A stretch of 63,690 nucleotides of DNA, filler included. It is 20 parts of 20 records of this genome, joined end to end, with 100 filler letters (N's around TTAATTAATTAA, not from the genome) between each part and the next. Parts side by side here need not be neighbours in the genome. Positions count along the whole stretch, not along the records: positions 8,573 to 10,633 come from SRR16133337_23041; positions 10,734 to 13,428 come from SRR16133337_23425; positions 13,529 to 16,476 come from SRR16133337_23536; positions 16,577 to 19,637 come from SRR16133337_23680; positions 19,738 to 22,975 come from SRR16133337_24102; positions 23,076 to 27,226 come from SRR16133337_24190; 14 more parts are not named here. One strand, given 5' to 3'. Under the pieces are notes generated by a model, which had not been told where the DNA came from, ran no database searches, and worked only from the letters and a program-made list of their open reading frames with translations. Both the position numbers and the translations under genes were made by a program. How positions within the stretch are numbered: position 1 is the stretch's first letter; each line of letters opens with the position of its first letter. Of the stretch, positions 9,931 to 23,847 are shown in pieces.

Positions 9931-10454
9931 AATTCAAAATTTTCAACCAAAGGAATCTTGTCTAACTCTAAATTGTTTAAAAGCCAATCCACAACAATTT
10001 CAAATAATGGATGTTCTTCCAATAATTCTAAACCTTCATAAATACTTTCTTTTTGAAAATATTCTTGAACGGATTCTGCCGAGGGGTTACCCCAATCAGT
10101 GATTAAAGAAACCTCATAGACACCCCCTGCTTCCAAAAATTGCGTGATTTCTTGCTTAGAAGCGTCTAGTGCTAACTGGTAGCTTTCCGCATCAAATTCG
10201 CCATCTCTTGTAAATTCCGCTTCTCTCGGATCTTCAGCGATACGGATATACATAGGTTGATGTTTTTCTGTAAACTTGGCATAAATCTCAATACCTGAAT
10301 TCACGTTTTCACCATAAAACAGAGAAAAAGTAAGATGGAATAGTTCGTTAGAAGAACCAACCACCGTTCTCGTATGTCTAATAGTTGCGTTTGGGTAGAT
10401 GATCCCCGTAGCCGTTGTATAATTGTCGTTTTTTGCTCTAAATTCTACTCTCAT
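9927..10454 (-). CDS. Phage hypothetical protein (acidic, 175 aa)
   Basis: Intact ORF with a 4-nt overlap to the holin; no family recognised. Confidence 0.65.
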   Translation of the reverse strand: MRVEFRAKNDNYTTATGIIYPNATIRHTRTVVGSSNELFHLTFSLFYGENVNSGIEIYAKFTEKHQPMYIRIAEDPREAEFTRDGEFDAESYQLALDASKQEITQFLEAGGVYEVSLITDWGNPSAESVQEYFQKESIYEGLELLEEHPLFEIVVDWLLNNLELDKIPLVENFEL

Positions 10455-10477
10455 AATGGTATTTTTAATTTGGGTTT

Positions 10478-10633
10478 TTAAAATATGGGTTGTCCATCAA
10501 ATAGCAAATTCCCATCATTATCTATTTTCAAAACTTTAGCGGTTAATCCATCTGGTGATACTAGTTTTACCCCCTTTTTTGTTTCTAAATATTCTTGTGT
10601 AATAATATCCTCTTGTGCATGAATATCTCCATC
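10478..10633 (-). CDS. C-terminal fragment of a phage protein, possibly tail-fibre-like
   Basis: Open frame from the contig edge: DGDIHAQEDIITQEYLETKKGVKLVSPDGLTAKVLKIDNDGNLLFDGQPIF-stop. Confidence 0.5.
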   Translation of the reverse strand, partial: DGDIHAQEDIITQEYLETKKGVKLVSPDGLTAKVLKIDNDGNLLFDGQPIF

Positions 10634-10982
10634 NNNNNNNNNNNNNNNNNNNNNNNNNNNNNNNNNNNNNNNNNNNNTTAATTAATTAANNNNNNNNNNN
10701 NNNNNNNNNNNNNNNNNNNNNNNNNNNNNNNNNCACATACAACATCACACACCAACACACACACCGACACACAACACACACACAAAGCCTTGCAACACTG
10801 AAAAAATTACAATGTCAAGACAGTTTCAAACATCCTACCCTAACCAACCAGAGCCACATTGTGACCAAAACACTTCGTACCCACCAAACACACACGTAAC
10901 ACAACACCCACCACCATCCCCCACACACACCGCGCGCACACAACACGCCACCCTCACACAGTAAGAAGTTTGACGTACGCAC

Positions 10983-11914
10983 CTTGCAAATACAAATAGC
11001 ATTCCTCCAGTACAAAACCGTGAACGTGGTGAGTTGGGATTCGTTTAGGTATTGAAGATCAAGGAGACTGAAATTCTCCAGAGTCACCAGCATTTTTTGA
11101 TACAGCATATTAGTTAATTTCGGATACGTCTGTGGAGGAGTAAACTCCGCATTGGTCTGAAGAACAAAAAACATGTGATGTTTAATAAAATCGTGAAGGC
11201 AACACTGACACCATACATAACAAGAAAAATTATCCACTTACAAAGCTTTGGACCCTGAATAAGCTCAAAAATATTTTGCATTGGAATCACTTGTGACACC
11301 AAGCTCCCCACATACCATTCCCAAAGTGTCTAAGGACAGTGGAATGCTTTGTTACTTCGTTATGACGTGAAAACCCCAAAACCTCTCTATCGTAAAATAT
11401 TACACACCCAGATTTTATTACCCTCGAGAAACGTCGCCTCTGTGAATTTTCCAGATCCACACAATAAAAAAATACTATTTTTGATTTTGACCGTCCTCAA
11501 ATGCCTTTTGTCAATGTCTTACTCTGCAAAGCAATGAGTATCAGACTGTCAGTGGCAAAATCTTCAATCCTGAAAGTTTATGCTTTTTACCCTCCACATC
11601 CCTCCGTTTTAAATCACTGTGATCAAAAACACAAGTTCATCGCTGCTCACCTGATATTTATTCTGTAAAAGAACAGAGGGCAGTTGAGATGCGGTCATCA
11701 CTTTTCTTGATTTGTTTACAATTCGAAGTTTACCCTTGAGGGTTTGGGGAGTTGCGAGAATCTGATTCATAAATGTAGCAAGTCTTTTCTTTTCAAACAC
11801 ACCCTCGAGATTTCCCGCAAGTGTTGCGCTTTGTGGAGACCGTGAATCTAGAATAAAAGCAACGAAGTTTACCAACTTGTTAAATCTTTTTGACGAGATT
11901 ATTTGTTCATCCAA
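10983..11914 (-). CDS. Spliced eukaryotic gene fragment, unknown product (boundaries approximate)
   Basis: Protein-like open frames near 11630-11914, 11240-11340 and 10983-11156; GTAAGT/GTGCGT donors and AG acceptors visible. Confidence 0.4.
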
Positions 11915-14578
11915 TAATACAAAAAACGTTCATGGAAATTTTAAAAGGTAGGTGTGACAATCTACTGAGTGAAGCAAAAAAACTACTCCACCCACCCCAA
12001 AACAACACCATTGTCATTTTGCACGTGTTTGTCTTAAATTTTAGAAGCACAAAGAACGCCATTTGAAAGAAAAACTTTCACTCTCGTCAAGTATCGCGAT
12101 TACTATTCCTGGGAGGATCAGTTCCAAAATTTCTGCTCCCACAAATTGAATTCCCAAAACTAACTGTGAACTGATTTTTTACTGTGTCCTACTTGTTTTT
12201 TTTCTTGACCACAAAAAGTGAAATTTCTCGGATGCGTTTTGTGCAATCTTCAAAAAATTGCGCAACAAAGCAAGAAATGATTTCAGGACAACTTTTGTGA
12301 AAATGAATTTTCCACACAAGCAACCATCCTTCGGCTGACGCCGTCAAACCGCTCGGTATTTTGTTTTCGACAAATCCATCGTTTGTTGAAAGTCGAAAAC
12401 AAAAATTTCAGGCACTCAGCTCTGTTTGGTTTCATTTCACCAGCGTTTTTCGGCATTCAGTTTCACGCCATAAGCATCACACAAAAAAATTAAAAAAACC
12501 TGTGTTTTGCAAAAGAACTTTTCTTTGGATTTGAAATTAAGGAAGACTTCCGCGGCTGAGCCGGATTCACCAAACGTGACTCCCTCTCTTTTTTCACTCA
12601 CGCGCCATGATGTCTTGCCCCCCCCCCAACAACTACATTTGGTTGGTTACAATATGTCGACTGACATAAAATTGATGTCAAGTTTAAATGCGTAAGTTTA
12701 AGCACAAACTTTGTGGATCTTTTAAAGGCTTTTTTAAACAATTTTTAATCAAACTACAGTAGGATATTGCCTGCTAATTGTTGGTAATAATCGACTCATA
12801 TTTTCTCTGGAGTTGCTAGGCACAATATTTTCAATTTTGAACAATTCGTTGCTCCAATAATTAAGGTGGAACTTTCACTTGTAGGATGAATTTCAGAAGT
12901 TCACTCAAATTGTGTTTTTTTTAGGGTTGGAAGAATGTCATGGAGTTTTAGAAGCTCTGTTAACAATTTCGTGACATCAACTTGGGTTGTGTAATTTTTT
13001 TAAAGGAATTCTCTCATTTTTTGGATTCCAAAATGGAAAACAAATAAACACGAAAGTGATGAATTTTAGTTTTGTGTCCCGCTTTTTTTTACCACGCCTG
13101 TCCACGAAAACGTCTTTTGGCAATGGTTTTGATAAGCTTGCTCCTTTAGCATCTTTAGAACGGAGCGAAAAGCAGTATGAATGCACATGGACAGAAAAAT
13201 ATGAGCATGACCAAATTTCGGTGTTTGAAAAAATTCTGAGGTTACCTTTACGTGACTTTTGTTGCCATTTTTGCACTCTCTGTTGCTCAGAGAAGAACAA
13301 ATATACAAGCGTTTATTTTGTTCCGTCATTTCTATTCGTTATGGGTCCGTTACAATGTCCCTTTTTGGACAAGCAACTCGATGCTACCGTTTACACTATG
13401 AAACAAGTGATGGTTTTTAATTAAAAACNNNNNNNNNNNNNNNNNNNNNNNNNNNNNNNNNNNNNNNNNNNNTTAATTAATTAANNNNNNNNNNNNNNNN
13501 NNNNNNNNNNNNNNNNNNNNNNNNNNNNTTTTGTTGTAGACTTGAATCAAGTCCACAAAGCTGAAAGATTGTTTCTGGTTTGCTGTATTAAGTTCAATAG
13601 TCTCGGCAATGTTTGTGTGGCGTTTGCAAGCTCAAATTCTCTCTTTAATCTTTTGACTACTGCAAAATCAAGGGGGCTAATATGTGAGTATTGTTTTTAA
13701 AACACGTACGCACACATACACGCACACACACACGCACACACAAACTTGATCATATTTATCTAACACACGCGTATGCGCATGTACACTTTCACATACGGTA
13801 GCTCTTTCTTTAAATGCTATGATGATTAGAAGTTCAAAATGCAACATACGTATTATAATAATGAAATTTCCTCACTTCCCTTCACCAAGTTTGTGTGGAT
13901 GTTTGTTGGAGAATATTTGTAGTTGGAAAGTTTCAACACCGCCTGTCAATACGGGAAAACTTCATATATAAGGATGTTTATTTTTACAACGGAAGCCAAA
14001 ACTAAGTTGTGAAATTCTTGTAAGTCGCCGTGTGACCTCAAAACGCATTTTATGTTCCAAATGGTCCATACAACCCATTTAACACCATTTCCATTGTGGC
14101 TTTCACTCCCTTCATCACTTTCCTCTGATGGTAGGTTAGATGTTTTTGGAGTGAAGTCCGAAAACTGATTCCAAATAAATACAGCAAATTGACCATCCAT
14201 AACAGGAGGCACATCCATGTGAGTAAAATTCTTGTATGTGACGTTTTGCTGTAGGTCGGGTGTGTAACAACAACCGGAGAGCCTTTTTTTCAAACGTTAA
14301 TATCCGACAAATCCCCAACACAACGTTGTGGGAGGTAGACGGGTTATTCGTTTTGAATTACACGCTAAGTTTGAAAAACCCCTATGCGAATTTAGTTTTA
14401 TTTGTTGGCTTCGTAATATAGTTGCATGATTTGGGGGACTTTAAAATCGTAAAAAAAATGAACTTTTTGCCATTCAATTTGTAAAATTCCGAATTACATA
14501 CTATCTGGCTTGGTGTGCACAGATTGGGATTTGCACACACGCACAAATTCGTTTTATATTGTATTGTATGATGAATAG

Positions 14579-16040
14579 GTATGCATCACTCAAGTTGTCC
14601 CCAGTGGTTCAAAACACTTGTCAAAGAAACACAAACACGTGTAACTATTCCACTCATCTCAGAGCTTCTGAATATCAAGCAAGAACAAAAACTCGCAAAA
14701 GAACGTGCGCTTCAGGAGCAAGAACAACAAACTCAAATTGAAGAAAAAAGTGACAGTCTCCCGAATGGCTCGCCAGCTGACCAACCCAATGGCCATGACG
14801 ATGCTCACAAAAACGTATCAGGACAACAAAATGGCGTTTCGCATGTTAGAAATGCTGCTTCTTCTTTTAAGCGTCCACAACCACACATAAGGGTTCACCC
14901 AATCTCTGGAGGTAGGCTTAGAGTATTTTTCTCCATTGCTCACCAACAAAAAGTACAATTTTGTAACCTTCTACTGCAAAATTTTATCTTTATTTCGCCT
15001 TGGTTGTAATGACTTATATATTGTCACATTTTACGGTTTCGACGAAGTTAGGTTTGTGTGGGAGGTAGAATGTGGTGAGAGTGGAGGAATTGGGTTATAA
15101 CTTCGGTTCTACGACTCGAGATTTTCATGACAAATTCATTAATCGATATTATAGTATATTTCTTTAATGTTTCGTGAGTTGTACGAAGTTTAATGTGTGA
15201 AAAAATGAAATAAATGACGTTCCACAGTAAAAATACCAACAAATGAAATTACTCATACGTGGCGTATGTTAAAAACTCAAAACTTTGGGGGTTCGACTGC
15301 TCGAGGTTTTCGGGGGGGAAACATATCTTCACACCAGAGTCAGGGATGGAGTCGTGTCCTTCGAATTGAGGGGTTGTAGTATTTCATAGCCCTCCTTTTC
15401 TTGTGCAACTTCAGCAAAACGAACAGGTACAAAATTGATTCGCAAATATTAGTCTTTGTCTAAAGTTCAACCAGAGCCTTATACCTCGTATTTGAGTGCT
15501 CAAAACAATGAAAGAAAGTAGTTTCGCTATTTTGCCTTGACTTTTAGCTTAATTCTGTGTCTCTTATTTTTCAAACACGTGTATGATTAAAACTGTATCA
15601 ACAAGTTTCCACTCCTCACAACTCACCCACCACCCACAACTCCTCACATACATTTCCGTTGTGCATGCTTTACGACAAATCCATCAATGAAATATAATTT
15701 TTGTGGTGACAAGGGTAAAATTATTTTTGTGTTGCGATACCTCAAAAATACACTGTCACTTACTCCTCGTATTTTAATAGAACCAATGAATGATCTTCAA
15801 GAATCAAAAGACTCAATTCCAGATAACCTTCTTGATAATGTTCTTTATAATGGTGACCTCTTGGCATTCCAATTAAATAAACAACATAACCATATGATGA
15901 GTTCTGAAAGTTCAATGGCGCGATCTTGGAGCTCTGTATCTCATGAATCGAAAGGGGATGAACTTGATGAATTTGGATTAAAGAAATCGATATCATCTGA
16001 TCGGCTCGCAAGAGAGGCGAATCAACACGCGTGGTCTGGG
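14579..16040 (+). CDS. Spliced eukaryotic gene fragment, unknown product
   Basis: Exons near 14579-14911 (Q/E-rich, GTAGGC donor) and 15781-16040 (GTAAGT donor), each preceded by an AG acceptor. Confidence 0.45.
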
Positions 16041-19000
16041 GTAAGTGCTTAATTGGATATTTACAGTGTGTTATGGGACAAATGGACCAATGTGTAGCCT
16101 AACGAATTTTCCGTTGAATGATTTCCCGAACCTCCAATTCCAAATGTGAGCCTTTTGTTGCTTTAAGTAGAACTTTCCCTTACATTTCACAATTTGCACA
16201 TTATCACTATCGAACTTTCTTTACCTTGCACAATACAATTGGTACAAAAGAACCATGGTTTACCGTTCAGTAGCACAAATACAACAACAAAATTACTATG
16301 AAAGAAAGTGTCGTATTTCCTTAGACCAGAACAGTTGTGAAAAAGAGTTTTTTTTTTTTAAAAAAATGAAGGCAATCAAACGGCACCCGGCCACACAGTC
16401 CCAAAATCAAATTCGTGTTCAGGGTTGTTGAAATGAATGAAAACTGGCACAAAGTAGATTGTTTCAATTTCACAAANNNNNNNNNNNNNNNNNNNNNNNN
16501 NNNNNNNNNNNNNNNNNNNNTTAATTAATTAANNNNNNNNNNNNNNNNNNNNNNNNNNNNNNNNNNNNNNNNNNNNAATTCACACAAAATTGTACAGGCG
16601 AAACACGGTTAAGAATCGGACAGCCCAATAAAATATTTTCAATTATTCGAATAACATACCCACACACTTCTAAACAACACTCTTCGAAAAAAAGGGTTTT
16701 ACAAACACCTATTGACTGCACCTTTTTTGTTTTGCTTTTGAAAAATAAAATGGACTCGATGCGATATCTAGATATTTTCGGACTTGCTTGAGCAACATCT
16801 CAGACATGCGCCCATTTCGCGCACTCATCCTCAACCTGACTCCATTTTGAGCACTATTTAACCTCGATGAGGGTGTGAGGTGGAATTTGATATGTTTCGA
16901 CTAAGCTTACCCCTTGTGTGTGTTTTTTTTCAAAACACAATTTTTCTATTTAAAAAAAACACCCCACACCACCGTCCACAATGTGAAACAATACGGGAGA
17001 CCTGCACCACTTATTGGGGGTACTGTGCACACTGATCTGCTCAGTCTCAGCTGTACACTACTCTCCCATAACTTTCATTTCAGAATCATCTCAATAGAAC
17101 GTGCCTCTGCCAATTAATCCCCAAAATGTGGAAATATAAAAAATCTTCGGACTTACTTTCTACAACATTTTTGTAAAATTAATCGTGTGCGCGACTGGAA
17201 CAAGCTTTCATGGCTATCACGAGCGTGAATTAACCTTCTGCCAGAGGCAGGCGTGTAAAACACCTTCCGGAATTACTCGTACAACAATTTGACAAGGCGG
17301 TTGAAAATGTGAACACCAACGCACTTTGCTGATAAAAAACATTGCTCTAATGCACATATGGAACAACAGTTGTATGTGAAAAATGTCATAGTAATTTTTC
17401 GGTCAGCCAGTTGTTGAATTTCCCGGTGCTTGTCCGCACTTTATCACTCGTAATGCTATGTGTGATTCTTTATTTTTAAAGAGTACATGATTATGGGAAT
17501 GTACTTTTGGGGGAAAATGCCTTTGGGTGAAAAAAAGGGTTGCAAGTTGATGTGCATAGCAGGCTCAGCTGGGATGGTGGGAGGAGGAAAATTTTTATTT
17601 CATTTTGTTTTTCTTCGCCTCTGGATCGAACCCCACTCCCACCCTCACCACTCCACTCCCACCCCACAACATCCAGAGGCAAAGAGAAACAACATGAAAT
17701 TAAAATTTTGAAAATGGAGAATATAGACCCACAGCAACTGTCCTGACTATTCAAAGTTTTGGGAAGAGTGGGTGTGGGTTGGGGCGAACGACTACTAGAG
17801 AGCTTACTACAGTGCATTTTCATAAATTAGAACAAATTCTTTGGGAATTCACGGAATTTGACTGTTTGGAGCATGAAAAAGGGGGAAAAACCAAAATTTT
17901 TATATTTTGAAGGCGGAGTGTGTACATGTGGGTGGTTGACGTGTTCGCGCAATTATGTCAACGAAATATTAAAATGTCCGTGTGATTTTTTTCTCGATTT
18001 TCTTATTTTCTAAACTACATATTTTGAAATTTGGAGAGTTAGAATATCACTTTCGATCAAGAACAAGCAACAAAAGTGAACGTAACAGTAAAAAGTGAAT
18101 CGAAAAATGTTTCAAATGTAATATTACCTCGCAAACACACATAATTTGAAATTTACCACATAACGACATGAAAACTTTACAAAAATTCGCTCAACTTTTG
18201 CAACGTCGTGTATAGAAGAATAGATTATTTTACATGCACTCAAAACAAAAGAATTTTGGGGGCATAAATTGTGTACATTGAAAACGCGCGCAGTGTCATT
18301 TTATCCTTTATTTCGTTTTTGTACCGTTTCTTCACGACAACAGCTAGAAATCACTTTTGGAGGCATAAAGCATCTCGTACTACGGCATATTCCGGCCAAT
18401 TGTATGCTATTTAACCGTGTCTAAATATAGCACATACATGCTTCTTTCGGTTTTCATGAACAATTTTCATTTGTTCCTTTTTCGACAAGAAAGAACACAT
18501 CCTTGTGCATGTGAAAGATCCGGAAGAGAGCTTACGTTTTTCTTCACAGCTTTTCAAGGAAATATGAATAATTCGTGCAAAGCTTCTGAATACACGCGTA
18601 GGCTAGGCTATACACCAGCTAAAGCAAATGCCCACAGGAAGCGTGCTCTAGTGTCGAGTTGTTTTGCTACATATCGGAGCTTGGTCTGAGATACTACAGT
18701 AGGTTAGGGTTCTACCTTTGGATTGGGTTAATGCGGTGCTCTTGCAACAAAAGGAAACATACAAAAGGCTTTTATAAAATATTGTGTTTGTTTTGGCGGG
18801 TCAGCCAATATATTTAACCTTACCCTTGAAAGCCTACCCTAATATATCGCTCTTTCTGTGTTGTTGTAATAACACCAAAAATATACGTTATTATGCTTTG
18901 GCCATGGTTGTCGGATTTAGCTGCTCTGGTGATTTTGGAAATTCAACTGGAGATTGGAGAACCTGTAGGTAGCTCTCATTAGCTAAAAGCTGGATGCTTA

Positions 19001-19904
19001 TTCCGTCATGTTTGTTCTAAAGAAATGTTTGGGAAAAACGTAAGAATTTTGTGTGCCCCTCACGTTTTGTGGATTTGGGTTTCACATCCGAAATATTTCA
19101 TGGACACGCTATTTTCATGGAAGCAGAAAAAATGTTGAAGTCAATGCACTGATGCTGGATGAGGCCCAGAAAATAAAAATTTGAAATTCATTACAAATGA
19201 AAAAATAAATACTTTTGCGAGGGAAAAAAATTCTGCGCGTTGACCACTAATTTTCATTTTTCCACCCACGAATCACCCACACAATCCCTCCATTTTGTGG
19301 CTTATTTTTCATCGCGTACCTTGAAGACGCGCTTTTTGTGAAGCACCACATTGCCTCGACGTTGGACATTTTTAAAAAGCTCCACTTCTTTCTCTTGCGC
19401 GCTTCAAAAAAGTGAACTTCACTTTTTACTTGTGAAAAATGGACTTATCTTTTCGTCTGTTTTGGGTGCCTTTTCATATTCACGAATTTTCTGCTACTCG
19501 GAATTACTAGGGGAGCCTCACGACCACACACGGAGCTCAATTTTCCTCGCGTTTATTTTCTCGGGAAGGACGTGGAAGTGCACTTTTTAGGAAACACGAA
19601 AAGTTATTTGTGGCATTGTTCCTTGTCGACCTTTTTTNNNNNNNNNNNNNNNNNNNNNNNNNNNNNNNNNNNNNNNNNNNNTTAATTAATTAANNNNNNN
19701 NNNNNNNNNNNNNNNNNNNNNNNNNNNNNNNNNNNNNTTGCTTCGTTTTCTTCAAGAATGCACTTCACGGGTTGAAAGTTTGTTTTGAGGTATCAAAATT
19801 TGAAAAATAACTGAACTTTATAACACTCTTGACTAGGCATTACACATGAATCTCAAAATAAAATTTTCATATTTTCATATATGTATCTCTTTGTGTGGTT
19901 TTAG

Positions 19905-20680
19905 TGACAATATGGATCTCCAGACAGAAAACTGCAACGTGAAATCAGATATTTCGTATGCTCTTCGCTCGCTCGCTTTATCTTTTGCAACATGATTCTA
20001 TTTATTATATTTACCTTTGTAGTGACTACAAACGAACGATCGCAGAATGCAACAAGAAAATTGTTCAACTGTATGAAGAATACCAGGACCTTCAAAAACA
20101 ATATGTGAGTTGTAGAATTTTTTTTTACTTGAGTGCAATAGTTGTGCCCAGTGTTATCACCAATTAATACCGTGAAATGTATGTTCGTGTTAGAGCAAAG
20201 TCGGAAGTAATTTGGGTGAACTTACGGCAAAGCAGACGAAAACGGAGAACATGTTAACGTGAGTAAAGTTTTGAGCTGTGTAATTAAGCTTTCAAACTCC
20301 GTTTCCAAAATTCTAGCTCGCTCATGATCAATCTTATACTAGTCAACGCTCATCTCTTTTTTGACAAATGGCCAAAATACCGTTGGGAGAATATTCGCCT
20401 TCATTTCCAACCTTTTCATGTGTGCAGCTAGCACACTTGAACATCGGTGATGTGTTTTGGGGCGTGTTAGGTGAAGTTCAATTGTTATATTCGTAAATAA
20501 GAGTTCACTCGACAATTTTTATTGTCTGATCAGGATTATTCACCTATAAGTTTTTTGTTTTGTTTTGGATAGGCGTGTTTCGTTGGACAGGGATAATCTC
20601 CAAAAGGATATTCTGAAAACCTCCAAGGATCACTTGAAGGCGTTACAAGAACAAAAGCTGGCAAAAATGAAACTTGAGTA
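19905..20680 (+). CDS. Spliced coiled-coil protein fragment with short exons (boundaries approximate)
   Basis: Exons read DNMDLQTENCNVKSDI, DYKRTIAECNKKIVQLYEEYQDLQKQY and RVSLDRDNLQKDILKTSKDHLKALQEQKLAKMKLE, separated by short GT-AG introns. Confidence 0.4.
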
Positions 20681-20981
20681 TGTATCCACGCGTGTTTACA
20701 AAGCAACTCACTGATAAACAGCAACATCAAAATATACATTTGCTCTATTATAAAAATTGCAAATGTAAATATGATTATATACACGATGGTAACGAGATGA
20801 ATCTCTACCGTTTGTTCAATATTTGCGTGTCATCAAACGCATTATGCCCATGTCGCGATATATTTCGTGTGGCCAAAAGATGAGAAAAAAATTTAAGTTC
20901 CGTTCAAGCATTGTGGATGAAATAATACAATTTTAATTAAACCTCAAATAAACGAAACGTATTTAACAACCCCTGTAGACC

Positions 20982-22914
20982 TTAGTCACTTGGATCGCAT
21001 ACACCCCCTCCACTAAGCTGATATACACATTCGGCTTCCGGCAAGTTCGGAGAGTCGTAGATCTAACACATAAGTAACAAAAACATTAATAATGCATGGG
21101 AGTACATAATTTGAGCATTAGTTGTACTTGTGTCGTTTCAACTTTTTACGTCTCCCCATGCCAGTTGCTTTTTGATCTAAAACATATCTCACAGCAAACA
21201 TACACTCACTTCTGCCAGTATTTTGGATCCCAGCCTGAGAAGAAGTCTTTAAAAATTACAAGATATCTCGTAGCGCGCTTTCAACAGGTGCAAAATCAAA
21301 AACGTATGTGTAATTCCTCGCAAAATCCCTTTTTATGGAAATTTCCACCATATTTTTGTTCTTTTTCCTGAACAATGCCTAAAGAATGTAGTATTTATTT
21401 AGATCGATTACTATCGTTGTCTGGGTACACTTACGTTTTGTTTTGGCCGCCAATGTGGTGATTATTGGTCTTTCAAACAAAAATGTGTGTTGGGGGTTTC
21501 AAGAGGTTTGGTTACCAACAGCATGTTCAAGTTATACTTTTTTTCGTATTTTTAAACTTTAAAACTGGATTCCTGACGAAAGATTATTTTTTGTGAAGAA
21601 CTTTGAAATTGGTACACTATTTTTTTATATCCGATTGCATTCATATTTGCGAGTATATTGTCATTTTTTATCTAGATTCCCAGCAAAAACCGTGTAAAAT
21701 ATAGTTACGAAAATACTGTTCATATTGCATTAGTACTTACTTTGCAAATACGCTGTTCTCCCCTCCCTTTCCTCAAACTAAGTCTTGTAGTGGACGCGTG
21801 TGCAAGAATATGTCCTCCTACTGGCTTTTTTGGATCTGATACGAACATCGCGCTCCCTGAAGGATCCGAGACCACTTGATTTGTAATAAATACGGCACTA
21901 AAAAGCAAAACAATCCTCTTCGACAATGGAACATTTTTAGCACTCAAACGTGTTTAGAAACAGGGTGCGCTATCGTGTAATTATTTACCTACATGATATT
22001 TTGGACTAAGGTGTCCACTTGCAGTCTGTTTGGCAATTTTCAGGGTTTTCAAACTCAAAGTGTTCTTTTTGAATCCCCGAGTTGCAACTTTTTGCTTTTT
22101 TTTAAATAGTGGTTGGTTAGGTGGGTGCGTTGAGGTAAATTGTTCGAGAGCGAAGTGTGATATGCTATTTTGCTTCGATAAATTTATGAGCTGTATACAA
22201 GTAACAAAAGACACATTGTCGTACAAAGTAAGCAACACAAAAAGAAATTAAAATGGACGCTCTCTAGAGACAATAGAAAACTAATACGCAGATTGATGGT
22301 TTTGGTGTGAATCACAATTTTCTTTGATGTGAATTTGGCACGCTTTTGCACTCGAACATTGAACTTACACATTAAACTCTTCAGATAACTTCATTAGTTG
22401 TGACAAAAATTGGCCAAGTTTTTGTTGTCTCTCAGCGAGCTCTCCTCGTCCAGTGAAATCGACTCTGAAAAGTGCAGTTACAGAATCAACAATTAGAAGT
22501 GAATAATGTTCTTCAACCATTTTCGCTGCAACGCCTATAAAAAAAAATCACAATTTAAAGGTTACAATTTTATTCAAGTGACAGGTGTTAATACAACGAA
22601 AATTTTGTGTGCTATTTTCTGTTTGTCTGTTTACCGAAAGAAAAAATAACTGCTTGTTTAACATTTTTTTGTTCACTTTGAACTTTCTGAAAATTGCCAC
22701 AAAAGTGAAATGTTAAAAGTACTCTTAGTTTATCCTGTAACAGCGGCACTAGAATTTGGTTAACTCACCTGTGAGAATGTTGATTTGCATTTCATGGTTA
22801 TAGGCACGCGCATAGAGAATGTTGTCTAATACAGCCCCGGCATCAACACCAAATCGCTGGGCAATATGCTCTATTCTCTCTGGTCTGAAAGTCCCTTCTG
22901 TATCAATGTAACAT
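20982..22914 (-). CDS. DMC1: Meiotic recombinase DMC1, four 3' exons (22769-22914, 22369-22534, 21741-21897, 20982-21062)
   Basis: Exons splice in phase through GT-AG introns: [13 protein letters not shown]..., [28 protein letters not shown]..., TNQVVSDP...[40 protein letters not shown]...stop. FRVDF, ERQQKL and GGHIL are DMC1-type rather than RAD51-type residues. Confidence 0.9.
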
Positions 22915-23075
22915 CTAAGCAAAGAACGACAATGTTGTTGTTTTTTTTAAAAAATCGTTTGAATAATTTTTCCAANNNNNNNNNNNNNNNNNNNNNNNNN
23001 NNNNNNNNNNNNNNNNNNNTTAATTAATTAANNNNNNNNNNNNNNNNNNNNNNNNNNNNNNNNNNNNNNNNNNNN

Positions 23076-23847
23076 AAGCCCCTGTAAGCATGCCTCCTCT
23101 TGAAAAAGTTAACAAACCTCTATAAATAAAATAGGACAAAAATAAAAAATCCAAAATAAAAAATCCTGACATTCGTTTTTGGGTCAACATAAAAACCACC
23201 AAAATAAAAATACCGAGACCTATGGCCGTCGAAACCTGATTGGGACCAAAACCTCCAGAAGTTTGAAAATTTGCCGCTCCATAAAATACAATTTCTCTTA
23301 GATCAGGGGTACGAAAATACAAATAAGTGACCATTGAAAACAAAGGTAAAACCATATAAAATAAAGCCTTTAGCAATTGCTTTTTAGAAATATTTCTACC
23401 GTAAAAATACAAAGCACTGATCCCTAAAACAATGGGGCCCGTTAAGTTAAAGGCTATCGCCTTTCTTATCGATTCCCCCTCTGGTACTTGTGTAAAAAGA
23501 ATTCCTAATAATAATAATAGGAGGTATACAAAAAAGAGTACCGAAATTTTTTGTTTGGGATTCCCGATAAACAAACCTATTAGTAATAATAGAAGGACCC
23601 CATATTTTCCCGTTTCATAAAGAAAAAACCCTCCTGTCATTCTTATAAAAACTTCTGCTCCTACGAGATAAGCAGCCCCCATAAATGCTTGTTCGTTTTT
23701 ATTTTCTTTTATAATTACAAAGATTACAGGAATTACAATACTTAGGATCCCATAACTTTTTGGAAACCAAGAAAACGTTGCTAAAAACCCAATAAATATA
23801 TGGATCGCAATAAAGAATAGTTTAGGATTCGATATTATTTTTAACAC
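23076..23847 (-). CDS. O-antigen ligase/polymerase (Wzy-like) membrane protein, 3'-truncated
   Basis: Polytopic hydrophobic protein with SGGFGPNQVS and LLTFSRGG motifs, inside a glycosyltransferase cluster. Confidence 0.8.

Noticed and set aside
8382-10633. Prophage integrated next to the sigma54 regulator gene
   Set aside because: The two are separated by an artificial linker, so the adjacency carries no information.
16577-19637. Short ORFs in this contig and in 58793-63690 as genes
   Set aside because: AT-rich, largely non-coding eukaryotic DNA; no ORF or exon chain gave a recognisable protein.
21720-21947. Bacterial recA/radA or RAD51 call for this ORF
   Set aside because: It is one exon of a spliced gene whose diagnostic residues are DMC1-type.
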